Shown: piece by piece, positions 6,855 to 15,378 of the stretch | How the letters are laid out: the number at the start of each line of letters is the position of its first letter | Numbering within the stretch: position 1 is the stretch's first letter | DNA from: Clostridia bacterium | GTDB lineage: Bacteria > Bacillota > Clostridia > UBA1212 > UBA1255 | Direction: 5' to 3' | Length of the DNA: 58,597 bases | NCBI GenBank assembly: GCA_017613535.1 | Contig: JAGADO010000023.1 | Span: 1 to 58,597 of the forward strand | Notes under the pieces: model-generated | Database searches by the model: none | The model's input: the letters and a program-made list of their open reading frames with translations, nothing else | What the model was told of the DNA's origin: nothing | Program-made: the position numbers and the translations under genes

Positions 6855-8369
6855 TCATTGTCCGCCCTGCATCCACCGCTCCTTGAGCAGCTTCCTGTCG
6901 ATCTTGCCGTTGGGCGTGAACGGCATCGAATCTATCTGTATAACGGCGTGCGGAAGCATGTAGCGCGGAAGTCCGGCGCGCAGCTTACCGGAAAGATCGC
7001 CTTTTTCGACGTCTCCCGTATAGTATAGCACAATTTTCTTTTTTACGTCATCAAAAATGCAGCACGAGGAGCGGATGCCGTCCTCAAGATTGACCACAGC
7101 CTCGATCTCGCCGAGCTCGATGCGGTGCCCCATATGCTTGATCTGGTAATCCTTGCGCGAAATGAATTCGAGCTCCCCGCGGTCGTTGCGGCGCGCCAGG
7201 TCTCCGGTGCGGTAAATGATCTCCGGATACGCTTTATTGAGCGGGTTCTGCACGAATGATTCGGCCGTCTTCTCCGGATTGTTGTAGTACCCGAGCGTCA
7301 CGGACGTGCCGCGCACGCAGATCTCGCCTGTCTCGCCGGGGGCGGCAAGGGTATTGTCATCCTTCAGCAGCAATATTTCGGTGTTGCGGAACGGGCCGCC
7401 GATCGGTATCACGTCGCCGGGGCCGAATTCGCGGTCAACGCGGTAGAAGCAGCACATTCCCGTTGCCTCCGTAGGGCCGTACAGGTTCGTGAACGTTGCC
7501 TCCGGAAGCGCCTGACGCCACAGATTGAACTGCTTGATCGGGAACACTTCGCTGCCGAACGCCACGGTGCGCAGATACTCCGGCTTCACCGTATCGAACG
7601 TGCCGAACGCGGAGATCATTGTCAGCGCCGAAACGACCCAGCATACGGTATTTATGCGCTTTTCGTTCAGATATTCCACGAGTTTTACAGGGAACATGAA
7701 CAGTTTTTTGGGGATCAGGTACGTGGTGGCACCGAATTTGAGCGTGGGATAAAGCTCTTTCAGGCAGGCGTCGAAGTAGAGCGGAGTCTGGTTTCCAAAC
7801 ACTGTTTCGCTGCTAAATCCGAGCGCTTCGGACAATGTTTCGATGTAATCTATCACGGAGCGGTGGCAGGCAACGACGCCTTTAGGCACTCCTGTCGAGC
7901 CGGATGTGAACACGATGTAGATCGGGTCAACGTCCAGCGCCGCTTTTCGTATTTTCGCAAGTGCCGCGGGGTCTTCGGCGGTGTCGCGGATGTCGTCAAA
8001 CATCAGTATCTCTCCGCCGAATCCGAGCGCCTCAGCCTTATCACGGGTATTGCCGTCGCAGATCACGACGCGCGGGTCCAGTGCTCCGAATATCAGTCCG
8101 ATCCTGTGTGCAGGCATCTCTTCGTCGATCGGCACGTAGAAGCAGCCCGAATAAACGACGCCGAAAAAGGCATTGACCATATCGGGGCTCTTGTGCATAT
8201 AAACTACGACCGGTTCGCGGTAGTACCCTCGCGCCGAAAGTGCAGTGCCTATGCCCTTTGACCGCGCAAAAACCTGTCCGAAAGAAAGTTCGGAATTCTC
8301 GCCGGCGAAAGCGAGCTTATCCGGCACACGCGGCGCCGTCTGTTCCATATATTCCAGAATATTATTCAT
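6855..8369 (-). CDS. Amino-acid adenylating enzyme / carrier-protein ligase (DltA-like, ANL superfamily)
   Basis: ORF 6855-8387. The start is either 8387 or, preferred, 8369 (MNNILEY, GAGGGA SD). A-domain cores: TSGSTGVPKG, YFDAC, YGPTE, YRTGDL, SRKDYQIKHMGHRIELGEIE, NGKIDRK. Confidence 0.8.
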   Translation of the reverse strand: MNNILEYMEQTAPRVPDKLAFAGENSELSFGQVFARSKGIGTALSARGYYREPVVVYMHKSPDMVNAFFGVVYSGCFYVPIDEEMPAHRIGLIFGALDPRVVICDGNTRDKAEALGFGGEILMFDDIRDTAEDPAALAKIRKAALDVDPIYIVFTSGSTGVPKGVVACHRSVIDYIETLSEALGFSSETVFGNQTPLYFDACLKELYPTLKFGATTYLIPKKLFMFPVKLVEYLNEKRINTVCWVVSALTMISAFGTFDTVKPEYLRTVAFGSEVFPIKQFNLWRQALPEATFTNLYGPTEATGMCCFYRVDREFGPGDVIPIGGPFRNTEILLLKDDNTLAAPGETGEICVRGTSVTLGYYNNPEKTAESFVQNPLNKAYPEIIYRTGDLARRNDRGELEFISRKDYQIKHMGHRIELGEIEAVVNLEDGIRSSCCIFDDVKKKIVLYYTGDVEKGDLSGKLRAGLPRYMLPHAVIQIDSMPFTPNGKIDRKLLKERWMQGGQ

Positions 8370-8402
8370 TTGTTCCCTCATCAGCATCTCTTCAGTATAT
8401 CT

Positions 8403-9911
8403 TTAGTATATCTTCAGTTCTATCTCGCCCGTATCCCAGTTCACGAGAGCATCCGCGAGCTTCACGGTACCGCTCTTCGGAGAGAGAGACGTATCAAACT
8501 GGTAGTAATAATTTATCTTCTCGTAGTTTTCGTCACCGTACCCGAAATTCAGCAGTTCTTCGTCTGTCCTGAGGAAACAGTACCAGTACCTCTTCCTCGA
8601 TTCGGATCTCGGGCAGGCGTCAATATGATACCATTCTCCGTTAACTTTCACCATACTCCAGAAGTGCTTTGTGCTGCCTCCCATACGGTGTACGTCAACG
8701 GTCTCAAACCCGGCTTCTTCCATAAACGCCTTCATGACTGAATAAAACGTAAAGCAGTCGCCCGTGCCCTCGTCAAGGCCGCGTATGGCCTCGCGCACAT
8801 AGCTGTCCTTATCCGAATGGCTGACGTATGAAAGATGCTCCGGATCCGAAACGTATCTCCAGATGGCATACAGTTTTTCAATATCGCTCATGCTGTCGTT
8901 GATTATTTCCGGCAGCAGCTTGCTGAATTTTCTGTGCATCGCGGCAACGGAATATTTACCTTCCGGCGTTTCAAGTTCCGACAGGTCGCGTACTACGACG
9001 GTGGCAACGAACGTGGCTACATTCCCGGCCTGGTCCGTCGCGATGTATACCACCTGATACGTGCCCGGTTCCTTAAGATTAACTCCGCTTGAGTCGATCG
9101 AGATGCTTACCTCTCCCCCGCGGTCATCCGTCGCGGAAAGCCCCTGTCTGTACGAGATCGTGTCGCCGACAAATATCTCGCGGTACGCTATCGCTTCGAT
9201 CACGGGAGGCACTTCGTCCGCGTCAACGGTCAGTTCTGCCGTTACTGTCGCTTCGTTTTCCGCAGCGTCCTTAAGCAGTATGCTCACCTGCGACGTACCC
9301 TTGCTTTGCGTATCCGGAACGTTCACGAATGACATTGTCACCTGAGTCGCATCCGAAACGCTTATAATAAAGTCTTCTGGCCTTAATTCGGCCCCTTTTC
9401 CGACTGTGATGTTCTTTGTTTCCGCAGACGGCGGAGTGGTATCGCGGACGATCAGTTCCGCTTCATAGGTCATTTCGCCGCACTGGATCTGCGTTGAATA
9501 TATGCCGCATACGTGCGTATCTATCTGAGACGTGTTCGTGAGATAATACACAAACTGTCCCGCATCCGGGTCTTTGAGAAAAGCGCTTGCAGGCGGTATT
9601 TCTCCGCCGGCTTCGACGTAAATGTAGGCGTTGAGAGGAGATTCGGGTGCGCTTGTAGGAGGCAGCGTCGCAGAATGGTCCGGTTCGGTCCCGTTCGTCG
9701 GATCGCCGCCTTTTTCGGACGTAGGCGTGCCCGCAATAATAACTGTATTGTCCGGCTTTTTCTTCGCACTGATAGCTATGATGCCGACGACGAGCGCGGC
9801 GATCACGAGCAGCAGTACTACGATGACCGGCATAAAATTAGAACGTTTTTTTCCTCTGTTGTTAGCGGAACTCTTTCTTGTAAAATCGGGCTGTCCGCTC
9901 GAATAATTCAT
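8403..9911 (-). CDS. Membrane-anchored extracellular protein with Ig-like repeats and a C-terminal transglutaminase-like cysteine-protease core
   Basis: 502-aa ORF with an N-terminal TM helix (FMPVIVVLLLVIAALVVGIIAI) and two Ig-like segments (e.g. ...GTYQVVYIATDQAGNVATFVATVVV). Cys/His/Asp core candidates are GDCFTFYSV, HFWSMV and WYHIDA. The start codon overlaps the racemase stop (TGATG). Confidence 0.65.
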   Translation of the reverse strand: MNYSSGQPDFTRKSSANNRGKKRSNFMPVIVVLLLVIAALVVGIIAISAKKKPDNTVIIAGTPTSEKGGDPTNGTEPDHSATLPPTSAPESPLNAYIYVEAGGEIPPASAFLKDPDAGQFVYYLTNTSQIDTHVCGIYSTQIQCGEMTYEAELIVRDTTPPSAETKNITVGKGAELRPEDFIISVSDATQVTMSFVNVPDTQSKGTSQVSILLKDAAENEATVTAELTVDADEVPPVIEAIAYREIFVGDTISYRQGLSATDDRGGEVSISIDSSGVNLKEPGTYQVVYIATDQAGNVATFVATVVVRDLSELETPEGKYSVAAMHRKFSKLLPEIINDSMSDIEKLYAIWRYVSDPEHLSYVSHSDKDSYVREAIRGLDEGTGDCFTFYSVMKAFMEEAGFETVDVHRMGGSTKHFWSMVKVNGEWYHIDACPRSESRKRYWYCFLRTDEELLNFGYGDENYEKINYYYQFDTSLSPKSGTVKLADALVNWDTGEIELKIY

Positions 9912-10669
9912 CAGATAATGCCTCCTACATGACTTCCGTAGCTGTTCTCGCGCAGCGTGCGCACTTTTCCTCCCGCAGCCGTGACAGCAGCTTCGGCCGC
10001 AAACACCGCAGGATCCAGATACGGCAGGTCAATGTTGTAAATATGGTATGCTATGGGCAATTCGGTGCAGCCGAGTATTATCGCGTCCGCGCCTGCCTCC
10101 ATCATCCCGTTCGCAGCCTTAATGAAAGCGGAAGGATCGATCTCGGAGTTACCGGCCTTGATGCCGTCGTATATCATCTCCATAACGGCGCGCTGTCCTT
10201 CAGCGGAAGGCAGCACAGGCTCGATGCCCAGCTTTTCGAGTTCTTTCGAATATACTCCCGACTGCACGGTACCGTCCGTCGCCATCAGTCCGACCTTCTT
10301 ATAGCCAAACCGGAGGGCGCCCTTCGCCGTCTCCGCAGGCATATTGATCAGCGGAACAGGCAGGCTGCCGGCGACGCGGTCGTAAAAATAGTACGCGGTA
10401 TTGCACCCCATCAGAAGTATCGAAGCGCCTTCGCGGACAAGCCTTTTTGCGCTTCTGAGGATCTCCGGCACCGGGTCTTCCCCGCCGTGCAGGATTGCTT
10501 TAACGCGGTCGGGTATGCGCGGGTTGCAGTCAATAAGGATCGGTATATGCTCGCTGTCGCATGAGGCATCCGTCATACGTATGATCTTTTCGAAAAAATC
10601 ACACGTTGCCAGAGGCCCCATGCCGCCTATTATCCCGATCGTCTTATAATCTTTGTTCTTCCGGATCAT
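9911..10669 (-). CDS. PLP-independent amino-acid racemase (aspartate/glutamate racemase family)
   Basis: 252-aa ORF with GIIGGMGPLAT and the two catalytic-Cys motifs LLMGCNTAYYF and IILGCTELP. GGGAGGAA RBS upstream. Confidence 0.8.
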   Translation of the reverse strand: MIRKNKDYKTIGIIGGMGPLATCDFFEKIIRMTDASCDSEHIPILIDCNPRIPDRVKAILHGGEDPVPEILRSAKRLVREGASILLMGCNTAYYFYDRVAGSLPVPLINMPAETAKGALRFGYKKVGLMATDGTVQSGVYSKELEKLGIEPVLPSAEGQRAVMEMIYDGIKAGNSEIDPSAFIKAANGMMEAGADAIILGCTELPIAYHIYNIDLPYLDPAVFAAEAAVTAAGGKVRTLRENSYGSHVGGII

Positions 10670-10719
10670 CCGGTTCCTCCCGTATTACCGTCCTGCGCAT
10701 TGACCGCGTGCGTCAATAC

Positions 10720-11922
10720 TTATTTCTTCTTTTTGCCCTTCAGTACGCTGACAAGGATCACTGCGACAGCCGCAACGCCTACCACACCGCAAAGGATGTA
10801 GATCCAGGTGTTGTTTCCGCTCTTCTTCTGGTTATCATCGGGCTTCTTCGTAGCTTCCGATCCGCCCGGAGTGGCATCTCCGGAAACCGCGGTCGCATTG
10901 CTGCTGTTATCGGTTGCTTTCTCGGTAGGAGCTGTAGTCGGAGTGGCGGGAGCTTCCGTAGGAGCTTCGGTGGCGGTCTTTTTTTTCTGCATATACGTGA
11001 GACGGATATTGTCAAAGTGCGTGGTCGTATCGCCTCTGTTGCCGATACCCACAGCACTGTATTCCGCGCTGATACGGGCGTTGTCAAGTTCGAGCTTTTG
11101 CGTGCCTTCCGCGTCCTTTATTACCGCGTGCTTGTAGTACAGTATGTCACTGTCGCCTTCGTCTCCGTCGGGATACGTGCCGGGCTCACCGTCGTATTCC
11201 ACAGTCGCAAGGAGCGCGTCGTTAACGTAGATCTTCAGAAGGCCTTTTCCGTTGTCATCGAACTTATATGTGTTCATGCCGTCCGCATTGAATCCTTCGG
11301 GATATGCGAATTCGACACCCTGAGAGTGTACGTAGAGGCCGTCTTCCACGCGCGTCTTAACAGTTACGCCAATAGATGAAGCGGGTCTGTTCTGATATAC
11401 CCTGATGCCGCTTCCGCCGATACTGGAGACGCCTTTTTCACTTCCTCCGTTCTCGCCGTACCAGTCCCATTCGAAAAGATCGAACGACTGCTGCGTGCCC
11501 GCGTTCTTCGGGTTGGTGATCCTGTAGCCTGCAGGATCGGTAAGTCTTACGAAAATACCTCCCAGCGAGGGATTATTTGAATCAAAATAATAATCTACGG
11601 AAAACGTATATGCTCCTGCAAAATAATCGTACGCGACGTCAATATCGGTATAAAATCCTGCATACTTGAAAAGGGATACGAAGCCGTCATCGGTGATCTG
11701 TCCGTCTCCGCCTGCTCCCCTTATGATCTGCATAATGAACATATCCGCGAGTTCCGAGTCTTCGAGCGTCATTCCGGCGTCTCCGTTAAAGTCAAATGAA
11801 ATAGTTTTTTCTTCGTATTCGACTTCTTCTTCGGCCGAAACGCTGACGCAAGCGAGCGAAAGCATGAACACAATGCTAAGCAGGATCGCTGCGAACTTGA
11901 CTGACTTTTTAGTCTTTTTCAT
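10720..11922 (-). CDS. Secreted, C-terminally membrane-anchored protein of unknown function (beta-rich ectodomain, possibly lectin/LamG-like)
   Basis: 400-aa ORF with a signal peptide (MKKTKKSVKFAAILLSIVFMLSLACVSVSA), a Thr/Pro/Ala linker, and a C-terminal TM helix plus KGKKKK tail. The fold guess comes from composition only. Confidence 0.5.
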   Translation of the reverse strand: MKKTKKSVKFAAILLSIVFMLSLACVSVSAEEEVEYEEKTISFDFNGDAGMTLEDSELADMFIMQIIRGAGGDGQITDDGFVSLFKYAGFYTDIDVAYDYFAGAYTFSVDYYFDSNNPSLGGIFVRLTDPAGYRITNPKNAGTQQSFDLFEWDWYGENGGSEKGVSSIGGSGIRVYQNRPASSIGVTVKTRVEDGLYVHSQGVEFAYPEGFNADGMNTYKFDDNGKGLLKIYVNDALLATVEYDGEPGTYPDGDEGDSDILYYKHAVIKDAEGTQKLELDNARISAEYSAVGIGNRGDTTTHFDNIRLTYMQKKKTATEAPTEAPATPTTAPTEKATDNSSNATAVSGDATPGGSEATKKPDDNQKKSGNNTWIYILCGVVGVAAVAVILVSVLKGKKKK

Positions 11923-13927
11923 TGCTTTTTACCTCTTTCTTTTTATTATTGCTTATGACGAAAACGACGGCTGCGGCTACCGCGAGCAGCGTCGTGATAA
12001 TTACAGCAATAACGGGACCGTCAAGCCCTTTGCTTTCTGATCCGTCGTTATCCGATACCTGCGACGAACTTCTGATGCTGTGCGAGATCGTTCCGCCTTC
12101 TTTTATGTATCTGTAATTGAAGCGCGAATTCGGAGCCGCGTCGCCGAGATCCATGAACTCCATGACCTCGCCGGACACGGTGGAATTGTCTGCCCATTTA
12201 AAGTCGAAATTGTCCCTTCCGCCAAGGTCGATGATCTCGCTTTCGATGCGCACCGCCATTTTGTTTCCGGAAACGGTAAATTCCGCCCAACCTTTATTAT
12301 AACCCTTCCAGGAGGTATCTGTAAACTCCTCGACGGATAATTTACCGTCTTCGAGCGTCCTGCCTATGATGAAGTCGTACCCTTCCCAGCCGCTCTGCCT
12401 CGACTGGTCGCTGTCGATAAACAGGTTCATCCAGTTAGGTGCTTTGCCGGCGACAATGTCGGATGCACATTCGGCAAGGAAATACGTATATTTATCCGTT
12501 TTCGAGACCTTTACGCGGACAATATCGTTGCGCCCGCTGTCGTTGACGACCGCTTCGCCGCTGATCAGTTTGCTGTCCCTGTGCGTAACGTCCCCGGTCG
12601 TGTCAAGGTATTCCGGCCCTACCGAATCGAATTCGGACAGGTCGCCGGCCATATCGATATCGACGCTGCCGGTACCCTTGTCAACGGCCCTGACGCCCTT
12701 GAAGCGGCGGATGTTCTCGACCATCTGGTAATAATAATTGTCACGGAACAGCTGCGAGATCGGTTCGACGTCGCGGCTGAATTCGGCACTGAATGCGTCA
12801 ACGTAGTTGCTGCTGAATTGCCAGTCGCTTTCGATGATCGTATAGCTGTCCGAGATGAGCTGCCCCGGTCCGGCGTTCTGCCAGCGCCCGAACGTGAATT
12901 CGTTCCAGCCCGTTATCATTACGAGCGGAGGATCAATTTCGAACACGCGGTTCCACTGTTCCTGGAACGCGAGCCCGTCGCCTGACGTCGAAAGTCCGTA
13001 CCCGAAATCACCCACGCCTCTCGAAGGCTGCTGACCGTCGTGGAAACTGCGGCCCTTTGAGGAGTTCGAATGGAATCCGGCGCTTACTACTATCTGCTCG
13101 ATCTCGCCCGCGGCGTTTCTGCCGGGTTCCTGAGGATATTCTGCTATCCACGGCCACTTGAGAATTCCGTCGCCTGTGAAGCTGTTGAATGCCCATGAGC
13201 GGCGGAACGTGAAATAATCGATCAGTTCCTGGCTCACCTGGCTCTTATTTAGATTTCCGAGAATGAGGGGCTTCCCTTCCCACATGAACCAGAGATCGGC
13301 GTAATCCGGATTGGAATATGCCTTCTGGTAGATCGTCTTAATATGGTTGGAGAGCGTTTCCGCGTTATCGCCGTTATGGAAAACGACCTGAGGGGTATTG
13401 CCGCCCTCCAGCCGCACCTTGTGCCACGTTTCAAGCAGAAGCGACCAGCAGTTTTCGAACAGGCCGCCGTTGTTCGTGGTGTCAAGGAACACAAAGTCGA
13501 TCCCGGCGTCCGTGAGCATCTGCGCGTGTTTTCTGTAGATCCATTCGTCCAGATCAGTCCTGTAATAGTCGAAATACGGCCTTCCCCACGTGTGGAATCC
13601 GTCGAGCGGCGACATCTCCCACACCGCTTCAACGCCTCCGTCAAGGTACGTCTGCGTAGTGTCGTATATCGTTTCGCTTCTGCTGTTCATGAACAGGAAG
13701 TAGAAAATACCCACGTACTTGCCGGTTCTGGGATTTCCTGCCTCGCTGTTAGTCGGGAAAGTTCTTCCGAGTTCATCTGTTCCGACCCACGTGTCGGACA
13801 ATATATCCGCTTTCCCCGTGTCTGCTTTTCCTGTGCCCGCGTCACCTTTCGCTTCGGCGATCGCGAAGCTCATGCACATGCAGAGGGTCAATATCAGGGA
13901 CAATGCTGCGAGAATTTTCTTTTTCAC
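11909..13927 (-). CDS. Secreted, C-terminally anchored putative glycoside hydrolase (TIM-barrel-like; family not assignable by eye)
   Basis: 672-aa ORF with a signal peptide and a C-terminal TM helix plus Lys-rich tail. It is a clear paralog of 18859-20595 (GIFYFLF / GLFYFLW; DFVFLDTTN / DFLVFDTTN; ITGWNEF / VTGWNEW; YYYQMVENIRRFKG / YYMQLISNVRHYKG). Confidence 0.55.
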   Translation of the reverse strand: MKKKILAALSLILTLCMCMSFAIAEAKGDAGTGKADTGKADILSDTWVGTDELGRTFPTNSEAGNPRTGKYVGIFYFLFMNSRSETIYDTTQTYLDGGVEAVWEMSPLDGFHTWGRPYFDYYRTDLDEWIYRKHAQMLTDAGIDFVFLDTTNNGGLFENCWSLLLETWHKVRLEGGNTPQVVFHNGDNAETLSNHIKTIYQKAYSNPDYADLWFMWEGKPLILGNLNKSQVSQELIDYFTFRRSWAFNSFTGDGILKWPWIAEYPQEPGRNAAGEIEQIVVSAGFHSNSSKGRSFHDGQQPSRGVGDFGYGLSTSGDGLAFQEQWNRVFEIDPPLVMITGWNEFTFGRWQNAGPGQLISDSYTIIESDWQFSSNYVDAFSAEFSRDVEPISQLFRDNYYYQMVENIRRFKGVRAVDKGTGSVDIDMAGDLSEFDSVGPEYLDTTGDVTHRDSKLISGEAVVNDSGRNDIVRVKVSKTDKYTYFLAECASDIVAGKAPNWMNLFIDSDQSRQSGWEGYDFIIGRTLEDGKLSVEEFTDTSWKGYNKGWAEFTVSGNKMAVRIESEIIDLGGRDNFDFKWADNSTVSGEVMEFMDLGDAAPNSRFNYRYIKEGGTISHSIRSSSQVSDNDGSESKGLDGPVIAVIITTLLAVAAAVVFVISNNKKKEVKSNEKD

Positions 13928-13940
13928 TTTGTGCCCCTCC

Positions 13941-15341
13941 TTATTCCCTCGAATACGAACTGACTTTGCCGTCGATCACTTTATTTGCGTCGGTCTGGAA
14001 TACGGCGAGTTTGCGGATGAATCTGTCGAAGCCCTTTGAACTGCCCAGTTCGCGGACCATCACTGCAGAGAATACGGTGCGCATACGGATGTTCTTGTTG
14101 TAGATATCATTGTCGCCCTTGAGCGCCGCAGTGAAATCGTCGCGTATGCCCTCGTCGACACCTATCAGCGCCCTGTCTGCATTGTCGCCCGAGAACACGC
14201 CGGTGCGCCAGAAATCGTTGCCCCACATATTGCGGTTTGCCGGTATTCCTCCGTAGTGCTTAACAAGTATTTTCTGGCCTTCCTCCGTAAGCGAGAAGGC
14301 GGCGAATTTGCCCGCCATATTCTGTTTGGAGGATGATTTCGGCACCGCAAAACCTTTTATGAAGTCAGTATTTGCGACTCCCGTGCGCTTTCCGTCATCG
14401 GAAGACGGCAGAGGCAGCAGCAGGAGATTTCCCTCGGAAACGAGTTCTTCCGTGCGTTTTCCGGGGTTATAATCGATCTTTTTCTGCGTTTCGAACGAGA
14501 AGTTATTGCGGCCGGGAGCGCAGGCGTAAGTGAAGCACATGGCGCAGCAGCGGTCGCTCGTCGATAGTTTGGGGCTGTATGCGTAATTATGCGTGTACAT
14601 CGAATACATGCGCTCGATCGCCTGTCCGACCGCGTTATCGGCCGAGAAATTAAAATAGCCGTCGACAAGGTACGAACCGGCAAGGAGGCTGCAGTAGTAT
14701 TGCCACACGGAGTTCATATAATATGGCATGTAAACGCCGGACCAGGGCACACCGTCGCGCCTTTCGGTGAGCAATTCCGAGATACCTTCAAACGAGCTGA
14801 GATTCCAGTTCGAATCCGGGAGAGAAACGCCCGCCACACCGAATGCGGCTTTATCGGCAATGATCACCGCGTGGTCGTAATTGAACGGTATCATTTTAAG
14901 CGGCTCGCCGTCATTGACCTTCGCCACACGCACCGCGCCGCCGGCAATATCCGCCTCCGAAACGCCCGCGAACTGAAGGTATTGTCCCGCATCGGTGAGC
15001 CCCGAAGCAGAATACAAAAGCATATCGTCCGCCCCGAGCAGCATGCAGTCGATGCCCGCAGTATCTTTCGGAAGCTCCGTGTAATACCTGACGCTGACGT
15101 CAATGTCCGGCTCGGCTTTTCTGAACGCTTCGATATACTCCGAAATGCATTTTTCGAGTTCTTTACCGGCCTCGGGCGACGTCTGGTCTTTTTTTACGGC
15201 AAGCAGTATCGTGTCAGCGGGCACCTTCAGGCTGTCGGGATCCTCTTCTGCTTTTTTGCAGCCTGAGGAGAGTGCGCAAGCTAGCATAACTGCGGCGGTC
15301 AATATAGCTGCGGCGGCCGTGCGGATCTTTCTTTTAGTCAT
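13941..15341 (-). CDS. Lipoprotein resembling an ABC-transporter extracellular solute-binding protein
   Basis: 466-aa ORF with a lipobox-type signal (MLACALSSGC). Its size and overall composition resemble family-1 sugar-binding proteins. No permease or ATPase gene is adjacent. Confidence 0.5.
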   Translation of the reverse strand: MTKRKIRTAAAAILTAAVMLACALSSGCKKAEEDPDSLKVPADTILLAVKKDQTSPEAGKELEKCISEYIEAFRKAEPDIDVSVRYYTELPKDTAGIDCMLLGADDMLLYSASGLTDAGQYLQFAGVSEADIAGGAVRVAKVNDGEPLKMIPFNYDHAVIIADKAAFGVAGVSLPDSNWNLSSFEGISELLTERRDGVPWSGVYMPYYMNSVWQYYCSLLAGSYLVDGYFNFSADNAVGQAIERMYSMYTHNYAYSPKLSTSDRCCAMCFTYACAPGRNNFSFETQKKIDYNPGKRTEELVSEGNLLLLPLPSSDDGKRTGVANTDFIKGFAVPKSSSKQNMAGKFAAFSLTEEGQKILVKHYGGIPANRNMWGNDFWRTGVFSGDNADRALIGVDEGIRDDFTAALKGDNDIYNKNIRMRTVFSAVMVRELGSSKGFDRFIRKLAVFQTDANKVIDGKVSSYSRE

Positions 15342-15378
15342 AAGCGCGTATCCCTCCGTTCCCGGCCTGAGTCTTTTT

